Assembly (NCBI GenBank): GCA_965227515.1
Contig: CBDDFZ010000001.1
Coordinates: 2,560,001 to 2,624,000 of the forward strand
Reading direction: 5' to 3'
DNA length: 64,000 nt
DNA from: Alphaproteobacteria bacterium
GTDB lineage: Bacteria > Pseudomonadota > Alphaproteobacteria > CALKHQ01
Part shown: piece after piece, positions 39,041 through 49,000 of the stretch
How positions within the stretch are numbered: the first letter of the stretch is position 1
Layout of the letters: every line of letters starts with the position of its first letter
The notes under the pieces: model-generated
The model's input: the letters and a program-made list of their open reading frames with translations, nothing else
Databases searched by the model: none
Told to the model about the DNA's origin: nothing
Program-made: the position numbers and the translations under genes

Positions 39041-39442
39041 ATGTCCAGGTTTTCTGCCAGATTTACTGCGAGACCGCGCAAGGCCATGCTGGCGGCGCTG
39101 GTGTTGATGCTGGTGCCGGTGGTGGCATGGGCGCACCATGGCTGGCGCGAGTACGGCAGCGAGACGTTCGAGCTGACCGGCACCATCGAGGCGGTGAGCC
39201 TCGGCCCGCCCCATGCCTACCTGCTGATGCGCGACTCCGACGACAATGTGTGGGAGATCGTGCTCGGTCCGCCCGCGCGCAACGACCGCGCCGGCATCAC
39301 CGACGAGAACGTTCTCTCCGGCGACACCGCGACCGCCATCGGGCGCCGGCACACCGACCCCGGTACGTACGAGATGAAGACCGAGCGGTTGGTCATCGGC
39401 GACCAGGTGTACGACATCTATCCGGAACGGCTGGGGTCTTAG
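39041..39442 (+). CDS. Exported OB-fold-like protein (DUF6152-like)
   Basis: Signal peptide ending AWA-HHGW, PH motif. Confidence 0.7.
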   Translation: MSRFSARFTARPRKAMLAALVLMLVPVVAWAHHGWREYGSETFELTGTIEAVSLGPPHAYLLMRDSDDNVWEIVLGPPARNDRAGITDENVLSGDTATAIGRRHTDPGTYEMKTERLVIGDQVYDIYPERLGS

Positions 39443-39503
39443 GGCCGCTCGGGCGCTTTTGCGCCATCCCGATCAACGTAGCGGATTGAGCCCCTACCAC
39501 CAC

Positions 39504-39594
39504 CGTCATGCCCGCACTCGTTGCGGGCATCCACGTCTTGTTTGCCGCTCAAGCGGCCATCTCGTGGATGGTCGGGACAAGCCCGACCATGACG
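39504..39594. repeat. CGTC-tagged REP-like doublet (family A)
   Basis: cgtcatgcccgcactcgttgcgggcatccacg...cgtggatggtcgggacaagcccgaccatgacg. Confidence 0.88.
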
Positions 39595-39636
39595 CTTGTG
39601 TATGGTCATTGGGTTCGCGCCATTCAAAGACGTGGC

Positions 39637-40086
39637 ATGGACGCCCTCCTCGCTGATCTGGAAGCCTCCGGCCTCGGCCAGTGGATGCGCGCGTCGGCCT
39701 GGGCCTACCCGCTGGCCAATACCGGGCATGTCATTGGCGCCGCGTTGCTGCTGGGTCCGGTGCTCGTGGTCGACTTGCGCGCCATGGGCCTGGGCCGTTC
39801 GCTCGACAAGCGCGCCGTGATGCGCCTGGCGCTGCCCATCGTGTGGTGCGGTTTCGCGCTCGCCGTGATCAGCGGACTGATGATGTTCGCCGCCGACCCG
39901 CGCGTGTTCGCGGCCACGCCCTATTTCCAGGTGAAACTCGCCCTGATCGCGCTGGCCGGCCTGAATGCGCTGGCGTTCCACTGGTGGAACCGCCGCATGG
40001 CCGGCTGGGCGCGGCTGCACGCCGCCCTGTCCCCGCCGGTCTGGATCGGCGTCATCTTCTGCGGCCGCATGATCGCGTACTGGTAG
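39637..40086 (+). CDS. 4-TM membrane protein (DUF6644/DUF2214-like)
   Basis: WAYP....H, DLR..G, F.VKL.LI.LAGLN, GR.IAY. Confidence 0.72.
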   Translation: MDALLADLEASGLGQWMRASAWAYPLANTGHVIGAALLLGPVLVVDLRAMGLGRSLDKRAVMRLALPIVWCGFALAVISGLMMFAADPRVFAATPYFQVKLALIALAGLNALAFHWWNRRMAGWARLHAALSPPVWIGVIFCGRMIAYW

Positions 40087-40105
40087 GTGGCCATTAAAAC
40101 GGATT

Positions 40106-40177
40106 TATCCATATAACTGCATAATTGATGATTATCCAATAAATCGGATATTGCAAACTTATCCAATTTAGCGTATA
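40106..40177. promoter_or_regulatory. Three HipB operator sites
   Basis: TATCC-N8-GCATA (40106), TATCC-N8-GGATA (40133), TATCC-N8-GTATA (40160); E. coli hip operator consensus is TATCC-N8-GGATA. Confidence 0.88.
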
Positions 40178-40185
40178 AAATTCTT

Positions 40186-40437
40186 ATGATTACGCAGGCA
40201 CGAACGCCCGACCAGATTGGCAATACCATACGCAGGGCCCGCAAGAAGCTTGGGCTCAACCAGACCGACCTCGGCCGAATGGTGGGGATCGGGCAGAATA
40301 TGGTCTCGATGATCGAGAACGGGAACGCCGGCACCAGAATAGATACGATCCTCGCAATTCTAGCGGTTCTCGACCTCGAACTGCGCATCGGACCACGCAC
40401 AAGAACGACAGCCGCTGACATCGAAAACATCTTCTGA
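40186..40437 (+). CDS. hipB: HipB-like XRE antitoxin
   Basis: HTH_3 (IRRARKKLGLNQTDLG...VSMIENG), overlaps the hipA start. Confidence 0.9.
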   Translation: MITQARTPDQIGNTIRRARKKLGLNQTDLGRMVGIGQNMVSMIENGNAGTRIDTILAILAVLDLELRIGPRTRTTAADIENIF

Positions 40438-41747
40438 TGGCACGCCGCCGCCGCCATGAGCCGTTACGAGTCTATCTGAACAACCGCCTGGTTGGCTGGC
40501 TCACCAAGGAGGCTGGTGGTGCCATCGCCTTTCAATACGGCGACAGTTGGCTCGACTGGGAACACACCTTGCCGATCTCGCTATCGCTGCCGCTTCGCGA
40601 GAGTGTGGTCCGCGGAGAGCAGGTGGTCGCGGTCTTTGACAATCTGCTGCCGGATGGCCCCCTCTTGCGGCGCCGCATTGCGGAGCGTGTCGGCGCGCGG
40701 GATACGGATGCGTATGGGCTGCTTGCCGCCATTGGTCATGACTGCGTCGGTGCGTTGCAATTCCTCACTGATCGGGATGATGCGGTCGACGCAACGCCTC
40801 CAGTCGAAGGCGACCGTATCGAGGTTGAGGACGTCGAAAAAATGCTGCGCGGATTGGCACAGGCGCCGCTCGGCCTGAGCCGCGACGACGATTTCAGGAT
40901 CTCCATCGCCGGAACGCAGGAGAAGACCGCGCTGCTACGCCACGAGGGCCACTGGCTGAGGCCGCGCGGCGCAACCGCGACGACACATATCCTGAAGCCG
41001 CAAATCGGACGGCTGCCCAATGGCATCGATCTTTCCGACAGTGTGGAGAACGAATTCTACTGTTTGAAGTTGGTCGAGGCATGCGGCCTGCCGGTGAACG
41101 AGGCGGCGATCGAAACGTTCGGCGAAACCAAAGCGCTGGTCGTAACGCGTTTCGATCGCCAATGGACACGTGACCGTCGCCTGTTGCGCCTTCCTCAAGA
41201 GGATTGTTGCCAGGCACTGTCGGTTCCTTCAGCGGCGAAATACCAGAGCGATGGTGGCCCGGGTATGGTCGACATACTCGGCATGTTGAAGGGAAGCGAT
41301 ACGCCCCAGGCTGACCAGGCAACATTCATCAAGGCCCAAGCCCTGAACTTCCTATTCGGCGCCACCGACGGCCACGCCAAGAACTTCAGCATCTTCTTGT
41401 CGCCCGGTGGAACGTATCGGCTGACACCGCTCTACGATGTGCTGTCGGCCCAAATGGCGCTGGACCGCAGGCAAATCGAGCGGAAGCAGATGAAGCTCGC
41501 CATGTCCGTCGGCACCAATCGCCACTACCGCATGGACGAAATCGTCGGCCGCCATTTTGTGCAGACCGCGGTCGCGGCTGGCGTGCCCCGAAGGCTTGTC
41601 GCAGACATCCTGGACGAGGTTCGATCGACCGTGGATGACGCACTGGTTCGGGTAGAGGCGATGCTGCCGCCCGACTTTCCGGAACGCATTCACCGCTCGA
41701 TCAAGACCGCGGTCAGGGCGCGATTGCCCGCACTGACAATCGACTGA
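40437..41747 (+). CDS. hipA: HipA-family Ser/Thr kinase toxin
   Basis: SLSLP, FDNLLP, DCVGA, SIAGTQEK, THILKP, DGHAKNFS, PLYD. Confidence 0.95.
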   Translation: MARRRRHEPLRVYLNNRLVGWLTKEAGGAIAFQYGDSWLDWEHTLPISLSLPLRESVVRGEQVVAVFDNLLPDGPLLRRRIAERVGARDTDAYGLLAAIGHDCVGALQFLTDRDDAVDATPPVEGDRIEVEDVEKMLRGLAQAPLGLSRDDDFRISIAGTQEKTALLRHEGHWLRPRGATATTHILKPQIGRLPNGIDLSDSVENEFYCLKLVEACGLPVNEAAIETFGETKALVVTRFDRQWTRDRRLLRLPQEDCCQALSVPSAAKYQSDGGPGMVDILGMLKGSDTPQADQATFIKAQALNFLFGATDGHAKNFSIFLSPGGTYRLTPLYDVLSAQMALDRRQIERKQMKLAMSVGTNRHYRMDEIVGRHFVQTAVAAGVPRRLVADILDEVRSTVDDALVRVEAMLPPDFPERIHRSIKTAVRARLPALTID

Positions 41748-41786
41748 CAAAGAGGTATTATCAGCATGATCGGGAGGGCTTCAGAA

Positions 41787-42686
41787 ATGCCGACCAACGC
41801 AATGCTGACCCAGGCGCACAAGGACCAGTACCAGGAGCAGGGGTTCGTGATGATCGAGGGCGCGGTACCGCCCGAGACCGTCGCCGAGGCGTGTGCCGCC
41901 GTCGATGCGCTGGTCGACGCCTCCCGCTTCGTGCGCGCCAACGACGACCGCTACGATCTGGAAGACGACCACTCGGCGACCTCGCCGCACGTGCGCCGCA
42001 TCAAGGACCCGCACTCCGCGCACCCGGTGTTCGAGAACTTGTTGCGCGGCGACCTGCTGCTGGACATCGTCGCCGGGCTGATCGGCGACAATCTGCGCAT
42101 GCATCACACCAAGCTCAACATCAAGCCGGGCCATGGCGGCGAGGCGGTGGAGTGGCACCAGGACTGGGCGTTCTATCCGCACACCAACGACGACATCCTG
42201 GAAATCGGCGTGATGCTGGACGACTGCACCGCCGACAAGGGTCCGCTGCTGATGATCCCCGGCAGCCACAAGGGCCGCATCTACGACCACCACCACAAGG
42301 GCCATTTCGTCGGCGCCATCGACATGGACGACGCCGACTTCGATCCTGCGAGTGCGGTGCCGCTGATCGGCCCGGCCGGGTCTATCACCATCCACCACGT
42401 GCGCATGGTGCATGGTTCGGAGCCGAATATGTCGGCGCACGACCGCCGGCTGCTGCTGCATGGCTATGCCGCCGCCGATGCATGGCCGCTGGTCGCCTAC
42501 ACGTTCCCGGACTTCGCGGCCCACGAGGCGAACATGCTGCGCGGGTCGTCGACCCTGGAGCCGCGGCTGGCCAACGTGCCGGTGCGCATGCCCTATCCGC
42601 CGGCGCCCAGCCAGGGCTCCATCTTCGAGAACCAGCGCGAAGTGCGCGGACGCTCCTTCGGCGCGGCGGCGCTGGCCGAGACCTGA
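41787..42686 (+). CDS. Phytanoyl-CoA dioxygenase (PhyH) family 2OG-Fe(II) oxygenase
   Basis: WHQD, IPGSH, HGS..N.S..DRR. Confidence 0.9.
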   Translation: MPTNAMLTQAHKDQYQEQGFVMIEGAVPPETVAEACAAVDALVDASRFVRANDDRYDLEDDHSATSPHVRRIKDPHSAHPVFENLLRGDLLLDIVAGLIGDNLRMHHTKLNIKPGHGGEAVEWHQDWAFYPHTNDDILEIGVMLDDCTADKGPLLMIPGSHKGRIYDHHHKGHFVGAIDMDDADFDPASAVPLIGPAGSITIHHVRMVHGSEPNMSAHDRRLLLHGYAAADAWPLVAYTFPDFAAHEANMLRGSSTLEPRLANVPVRMPYPPAPSQGSIFENQREVRGRSFGAAALAET

Positions 42687-42707
42687 TCCCAGGCCCTTGG
42701 CGGCAAC

Positions 42708-43121
42708 CTATTGCGGTGGCGGCCCCTCCGGCGCGCCGGCGCAGATCACGTAGCCATCCGGATCGCTGACGTAGACTTCGCGCATGCCGTACCACTGGTT
42801 GAGCGGGCCCTTGACGATGCTGGATGCCGGCGCGCGTCCGGCCACCTCGTCCGCTGGCACGCCGCGCAGGTAGATGGTGCCGGTCATTTCAGGCGACCGC
42901 CCGGCGAACTGGGGCAACTCCTCTGAGATGCTGGACGCCAGTTGCAGCATCAGCTGGCCGCCCGCGCCCTCCAGCGTCGCGAACACTGCATCCGCGCCGT
43001 CGCCCTCGGTGGACACGGAACGGTCGGCGGCCACCAGCACGCTGACGTGCATGCCGAACACCTCGCCGTAAAAGGCGATCGCGCGCGGCATATCGCTGAC
43101 CATCAGGTTGGGCACGATCAT
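42708..43121 (-). CDS. VOC/glyoxalase family protein
   Basis: PNL.V.D..RAIAFY, WYGMRE.YV.DPDG. Confidence 0.85.
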   Translation of the reverse strand: MIVPNLMVSDMPRAIAFYGEVFGMHVSVLVAADRSVSTEGDGADAVFATLEGAGGQLMLQLASSISEELPQFAGRSPEMTGTIYLRGVPADEVAGRAPASSIVKGPLNQWYGMREVYVSDPDGYVICAGAPEGPPPQ

Positions 43122-43148
43122 GGGGATGGGTCCTGTTGTGGTGTGCGC

Positions 43149-43559
43149 TCAGCCGCCGACAATGGCGGTGGCTTCGATCTCGATTAGGAATTCCGGCATC
43201 GCCAGCGCCTGCACACCGACAAGGGTGTTGGCCGCCGGTGCCGCGCCGCCGAAGAAGGCACCGATTGCGGGCATGATGTCGGCCAGCTTGTCCGGCGAGT
43301 GGTTCACCACGTAGGTGCGCAGGCGGACGACATCGGCCGGGGTGGCGCCGACATGGGCCAGCACGCGCTTCAGATTGTCCAGCGACTGCGCGGTCTGGGC
43401 CGCCAGGTCGCCGGGGCCGACCAGTTCGCGATTGTCGTCCCAGGCCACCTGGCCCGACAGCTCGATCACCTTGTCCGAGCCGGCGTGGGCGACGGCATGG
43501 CTGAACGCAAACTCCACGGAATTGTACATATCGGCGGGGTTGATCGCTTCGCGCGCCAC
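43149..43559 (-). CDS. RidA/YjgF/UK114 family protein
   Basis: SGQV, AQ....L.NL..VL, LIEIEATA. Confidence 0.88.
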   Translation of the reverse strand: MAREAINPADMYNSVEFAFSHAVAHAGSDKVIELSGQVAWDDNRELVGPGDLAAQTAQSLDNLKRVLAHVGATPADVVRLRTYVVNHSPDKLADIMPAIGAFFGGAAPAANTLVGVQALAMPEFLIEIEATAIVGG

Positions 43560-43712
43560 GGCACGTCTCCTTCGTTGAAATTTTGGGGTGGATGTTGTGA
43601 GGGCGCCACTATGGAGTGCGTGAGCCTGGATGAATAGGGCTTGCCACGGCGATCAAGGCCTGTTGAATGCACAAGCCCGACCGATCGTCAGACCAAATCC
43701 GTGGAGTCCCAG

Positions 43713-44219
43713 ATGCATTTGCGCCTAGCCCTGCCGATTGCCGTCGTGTTCGCGGCGACCCTTGCCGCCTGTGCGGGCGAGCCGGACCCGGTGCCCGAAG
43801 AAGTTTTTGGTCCGGGGGACGGCGGGAGCGACGTCGGGCCCGCCGAGACCCCCGACGAGACCGCCGCCGCCACTGCCGCCGCTGCCGCCGCCGACACCGC
43901 CGCGCCATTGCCCGATGGCCCGGCGCATGGCACTGGCCTCGCGGTGGCGCTGAGCGGCCGCAGCATCGTCAGCCAGGCGGACGGCATCTGCCGCTATTTC
44001 AGCGGCGACGGCGTGCTGCAGGTGGTCGAGGCCGGGCAGCCGACGCGCACGGGCGACTGGTGGGTCGCGGTCACCGATGTCGACGTATGCGAGCGGGTCG
44101 GCGAGGTGGCGTTGTGCCGGGAAACCACGTTCGGCGACGATGGCACCGTGACGTCGGCCGGCAGCGATACCGATCCGACGGTCGTCGGCCAGTTGGCCGA
44201 GGGCAACGCGTGCATCTGA
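43713..44219 (+). CDS. Hypothetical lipoprotein
   Basis: LAAC lipobox, Ala/acidic linker, four-Cys beta domain. Confidence 0.7.
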   Translation: MHLRLALPIAVVFAATLAACAGEPDPVPEEVFGPGDGGSDVGPAETPDETAAATAAAAAADTAAPLPDGPAHGTGLAVALSGRSIVSQADGICRYFSGDGVLQVVEAGQPTRTGDWWVAVTDVDVCERVGEVALCRETTFGDDGTVTSAGSDTDPTVVGQLAEGNACI

Positions 44220-44259
44220 CCGCCAGCAGCCGCGGGCCCGCCGCTCCAGGGGCGTCGCC

Positions 44260-45522
44260 GTGAGGACCCTGGTCATCGGCGCCGGCATCGTCGGCACCAC
44301 CACGGCCTACTACCTGGCCAAGCTGGGGCACGAGGTCGAGGTCGTCGACCGCCAGCCGGATGTGGCGCTGGAGACCAGCTTCGCCAATGGCGGCGTGCTG
44401 CACGCCGGCGACTGCGAGCCGTGGTCGCAGCCGGGCATGGTGCGCAACGCCTTGCGCTGGTTCGGCAAGGAGGATGCGCCGCTGTTGCTGCGCCCGTCCG
44501 CCCTGCCGCGGATGTGGCGCTGGGGGCTGGCGTTTGCCCGCAACTGCGCGCCGGAGCGCTTTCACCGCAACACCATGGCCAATTTGCGCCTGTCGCTGCT
44601 GACCCTGCAGGAGATCGCCGAGGTCCGGGCCGAGGCTGGCATGAACTATGACCTGCGCCAGACCGGCATGCTGCGGGTTTTTCGCCGGCAGGACACGTTG
44701 GACGCGAAAGCGGCGGAATGCGCCGGATGGGGAGACCTGGGACCGGCGTTCGAGGTGCTGGACGCGACCGAGACCGTGCGCCGCGAGCCGGCGCTTGCCA
44801 GCCAGCACAACCGGTTGGCCGGCGCGCTGCATTTCACTGCCGACGAGACCGGCGACTGCCGCATGTTCACCCAGGGCCTGCGCGACCATTGCACCAAGCT
44901 GGGCGTACGTTTCCGTTTCGGCATGTCGGTGGATGCGCTGGAGCGGTCAGGCAACCGGGTCAGCGGCGTCCGCACGGCCGACGGCGAACGCATCGCCGCC
45001 GACAATGTCGTGGTGGCGGCGGCCACCGGGGCGCCAGCCCTGCTGCGGCCGCACGGCGTCAAGCTGCCGATCTATCCCGTGAAGGGGGTGACGATCACCG
45101 TTTCAGGCGTGCCGTGGGACGGGCGCCCGAAGATCCCCGTCATCGACGACAGCGGCATGTTCGTGCTGACCCCGTTGGGCGTGCGCCTGCGCGTCGCGGG
45201 CTCGGCGGAGATCGCCGGCACCGACATCACCCCGTCGCCAGCGCGCTGCAAGGCGATCGTCGACCGGGTGCTGCGGGTGTTTCCCGATTTCGCCACCTGC
45301 TACGACCCGGATACGGCGTCGCTGTGGGCTGGTCTCAGGCCGATGACGCCCACGGGCACGCCGTGCCTGGGGGCGACGCGCATCCCCAATCTGTTCGTCA
45401 ATGCCGGCCATGGCCACCTGGGCTGGACCATGTCGTGCGGTTCGGCTCGGGTGGTCGCCAACATCGTCGACGGCCGCGACCCGGGCATCGACATGGATCG
45501 GCTGGCACTCGACCAGCGCTAG
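44260..45522 (+). CDS. dadA: D-amino acid dehydrogenase
   Basis: VIGAGIVG, ETSFANGG, PIYPVKG, WAGLRPMTP, GHGHLGWTMSCGS. Confidence 0.9.
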   Translation: MRTLVIGAGIVGTTTAYYLAKLGHEVEVVDRQPDVALETSFANGGVLHAGDCEPWSQPGMVRNALRWFGKEDAPLLLRPSALPRMWRWGLAFARNCAPERFHRNTMANLRLSLLTLQEIAEVRAEAGMNYDLRQTGMLRVFRRQDTLDAKAAECAGWGDLGPAFEVLDATETVRREPALASQHNRLAGALHFTADETGDCRMFTQGLRDHCTKLGVRFRFGMSVDALERSGNRVSGVRTADGERIAADNVVVAAATGAPALLRPHGVKLPIYPVKGVTITVSGVPWDGRPKIPVIDDSGMFVLTPLGVRLRVAGSAEIAGTDITPSPARCKAIVDRVLRVFPDFATCYDPDTASLWAGLRPMTPTGTPCLGATRIPNLFVNAGHGHLGWTMSCGSARVVANIVDGRDPGIDMDRLALDQR

Positions 45523-45532
45523 CGGTGAGCAG

Positions 45533-45628
45533 TCAGTCGCCACCGCCGCAACCGCCGCCACAGCCAGTATCCACATTGTCGGCATGGTTGTTGCGGCCAA
45601 GTGGCTGTCGGCACCGCGCGCATTTTGG
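45533..45628 (-). pseudogene. Possible remnant of a glycine-rich (GRDP-like) gene C-terminus
   Basis: Minus frame ends …NVDTGCGGGCGGGD*, like the GCGGGGGCGGD* end of 60427-61206; in-frame stop at 45629-45631 and no ATG. Confidence 0.35.
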
Positions 45629-45971
45629 TCAAGCAGGCTGAACTTTCGATGTTCAGCGCACGTTGCAACCATTACTGGTGCTTGACGCAGGCCGTTCTGG
45701 GCGCGCCGATGCCATTTCTTGCCAAACCAACAACCGGGCCGCGGCCGTTGCGGCAGCGCTCGCGTTGCGCGGGGCTTGGCCTGACCGTGCAATGAAATTC
45801 GCGCTGGAAGAAGTGAGAAATCGTATTCGCATAATATTGATTTGTTCTTCTTCGCATACAATCGTAGGCGCCAATTTCATATTGACTATGTTCTCGTTAA
45901 TAATTTTTGCTTCTCATCGTCTGATAGACCTCCCGACTTCGCAAATTCATTCAAATTCGATTGAAAAAACG

Positions 45972-45986
45972 TTAAAAAACGGTTAT
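45972..45986. promoter_or_regulatory. Candidate CtrA-binding site
   Basis: TTAA-aaaacgg-TTAT, 98 bp before the ATG at 46070. Confidence 0.6.
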
Positions 45987-46069
45987 ATATACAACTGTAT
46001 GGATGCATAGGTAACGTTGAGTGCGCCCATACGCCGATTATCACATGAGTCGGTTCGGGGGTTCATACG

Positions 46070-49000
46070 ATGGCGTTCGATTTGCCGCGCGCACACGGGG
46101 TGCGTGCCTATCGTCATACACTTAATAGTAATCAAATGTCCCTGCAGGGTCGGGACGCGGAACAGGTTCTCCGCCGAACATACCGGACCACGACGGCGCT
46201 GAGCGCCGCGGCCGCGGTGGCCGCGACGACGCTGGCACCTTCAATTGCCCTCGCGTTGCCGCAGGACGGCACCGTGGTCGAAGGCCAGGCCGAGATCATC
46301 TACGGGTCGAACTCGGTGGAGATCGTCCAGGGTTCCGACCGGGTGATCATCGAGTGGTCCTCGTTCGACGTGGGCGTCGACGAGAGCGTCAACTTCGTCC
46401 AGCCCTCGCAATTGGCCTCGGCGCTGAACCGGGTGCTGTCGGGCCAGTCCTCGGCCATCCTCGGCTCGCTGACCGGCAACGGCCAGATCACCATCGTGAA
46501 CCCGGCCGGCATCCACTTCGGGGCGACGGCGAATGTCGACGTGGCGGCGATCACCGCGACCACCATCGACATCATCAACGCCAACTTCATGGCCAACAAT
46601 CTGGCCTTCGACCAGTTCAACGACGACTTCGCGAACGCCACCGTCACCAACGACGGCTCGATCACCGTGCAGGACAGCGGCCTTGCCGCCCTGGTCGCCC
46701 CCGGCGTGGCCAACAACGGCATCATCGCGGCTAGGACGGGCGCGGTGGTGCTGGCGTCGGGTACGGCGTTCACGGTCGACCCCTACGGCGACGGTCTGAT
46801 CCAGTTCGCGGTGAATGCGCCGACGATGGAAGCGCCGGAGGGCATGGACGCCCTGGTCTCGAACTCCGGTGAGATCTATGCCGACGGCGGCACGGTGATC
46901 CTGACCGCTGAGGCGGTCTCCGGCATCGTCGACAACGTCGTGAACATGGACGGCGTGATCCAGGCGCAGACGATCGAGGGCCGGAACGGCCAGATCGCGC
47001 TGGTCGGCGGGTCCGGCGCCGGTGCGGTCAACGTGGCCGGCACGCTCGACGCTTCCGGTAATGACGCCGGCGAGGCTGGCGGCACGGTCCACGTGCTCGG
47101 CGACCAGGTGGCGCTGAACGTCGGCGCGAACGTCGACGTCTCGGGTGCGGCCGGCGGCGGCGAGGCGCTGATCGGCGGCGCCGCGCGCGGCGGTGCGCAG
47201 GCAGCCGGTGCCGCGCTGCAGTACCAAGAGACCGCCCAGGGCCTCAACATCATCTCCGACACGGCGTTCGAGACCGACGGCTACACGCCGACGTCCGATG
47301 TCGCCCTGGTCATGGACGGCGCCGATCTCGACGCACGGGCCACCGTTGACGGCGACGGCGGCCAGGTCATCGTCTGGGGCACGGACGAGGCCTATTTCCA
47401 TGGCGCCGTCGACGCCAGCGGTGCCGGTAATGGCGACGGCGGGTTCGTCGAGATATCGGGCGCGTATGTCTACGCGGACGGATCGGCGCTTGCCGGCGGG
47501 CCTGGCGGTACCGTTCTGATCGATCCTGACGATGCCTGTATCGCCGCTGTCATTGCCAGTTGTGCCTTCACCTCGCCGGTTGGGGTGTCCTTCTTCACGA
47601 CGGCCTTTGTCGCGGCACAACTCGCCGTAGGAAATTTCGTCCTGTCGACTACGGGTGGCGGTGCCGGCGACGGCGACATCGAAATTGGCGACGATCTGAA
47701 CGTGACGCCGGCGGCGGGAGCGACATTGTCGTTGACCGCGAACGACGACATTTGGGTTGACGGCGACATCATCGCCAGCGGTGCGAACGGCCTTAACCTG
47801 GATTTCGTGCTCACCAGCGGCGCAGGCGGCATTCCCAAGTCGGCGGCCATCTTCCTGCCCGGCACGGTCACGGATCTGAATGGCGGCGATGCGACCTTTA
47901 CCGGCACGCCATTCGCCGACTCGCTGTTGCGGGTGGAAGGGTCGATCACCGCTGGCAGCCTGGCGGCCAATGTCGAAGAGGTCCGGCTGCAGCAGGACAT
48001 CAACGTCGCCAGGGAGAATCTGTCCGGCACGGCGACCTTGGTCGAGGTGCAGAGCGACAGCGCGTCGATCCAGGACGCCATCGATTTGGTTAGCGGCAGC
48101 ACCATCAATGTGGCGGCCGGCACCTACAACGAGGCGCTGATCGTCGATGAGCACGTCACCATCATCGGCGCGGGCAGCGGCGACAACCCACTGGTCGACA
48201 CGATTGTCGACGGCACGGGCCTCGGCGACGTCGCGGCATTGGTCGCCATTTCGGCAAGTGGCGTCAGCGACGCCGACCGCCTGGAGCTCATGAATCTTCG
48301 GGTGCAGAATGCCGAGCACACCAACCTTGGCACCAATGCCGGCACCGGCATAAAGATGGTCGCCGGCGGCACCGACTTCATCACGTTCGACAACGTCGTC
48401 TCCACCGGGCACGCCGGACATGGCTTCGCCTACGACGCGAACAGCCTGTCGACCGGTGTCGAGTTGATCGACGTCACCTCGTCCAACAACGCCGGCTATG
48501 GCTTCCGCGTGCCGACCAGCTTGGCGGGCCTGACCGACTTCTCGATCCTTGGCGGAGAATTCGCCGACAATGGCGGCGCCGGTTTCGGCGCCAACCCGAG
48601 CGGCTTCGACAGCGCGGCCAACATTCGCCCATTCACGAACGTGTTGATCGACGGCACCGCGTTCGCCGGCAACAACACGAGCGGCATCGGAGGGCTCGGC
48701 GACATCGTCATTCTGGGCGTCGACGGCGACGTGACGATCCAGAACGTCACCATCGATTCCGACACGTTCCCGGCCAGCCGCGGGCTGTGGTTCGATTTCC
48801 ACGGCGACGCGACCCTGAACATGGACAACGTCGCATTCAGCGGCGTCCCCAGTTCCTGGGGCATGATCATCACCAATTTTGACGGCGCCGACGCCTTGAA
48901 CATGAACGACGTGTCGTTCGACACGGTGGTGCAGACGGCGGGCCGCGCCGATTTCACCGTCTGGGGTGCGGCGTCCACTGGGCCAGTCGACCTGGGCAAC

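Noticed and set aside
35434-39186. 1250-aa minus-strand ORF, and similar long antisense ORFs (10189-12792, 23341-25611, 46241-48802, 49061-51706, 54365-57580)
   Set aside because: Shadow frames of well-supported genes, expected from high GC3 bias; no recognisable motifs.
830-39636. ORFs or extensions containing MPALVAG (830-1069, 8077-8445, 15500-15775, 5' part of 39508-40086)
   Set aside because: These are translations of family A REP palindromes, not proteins.
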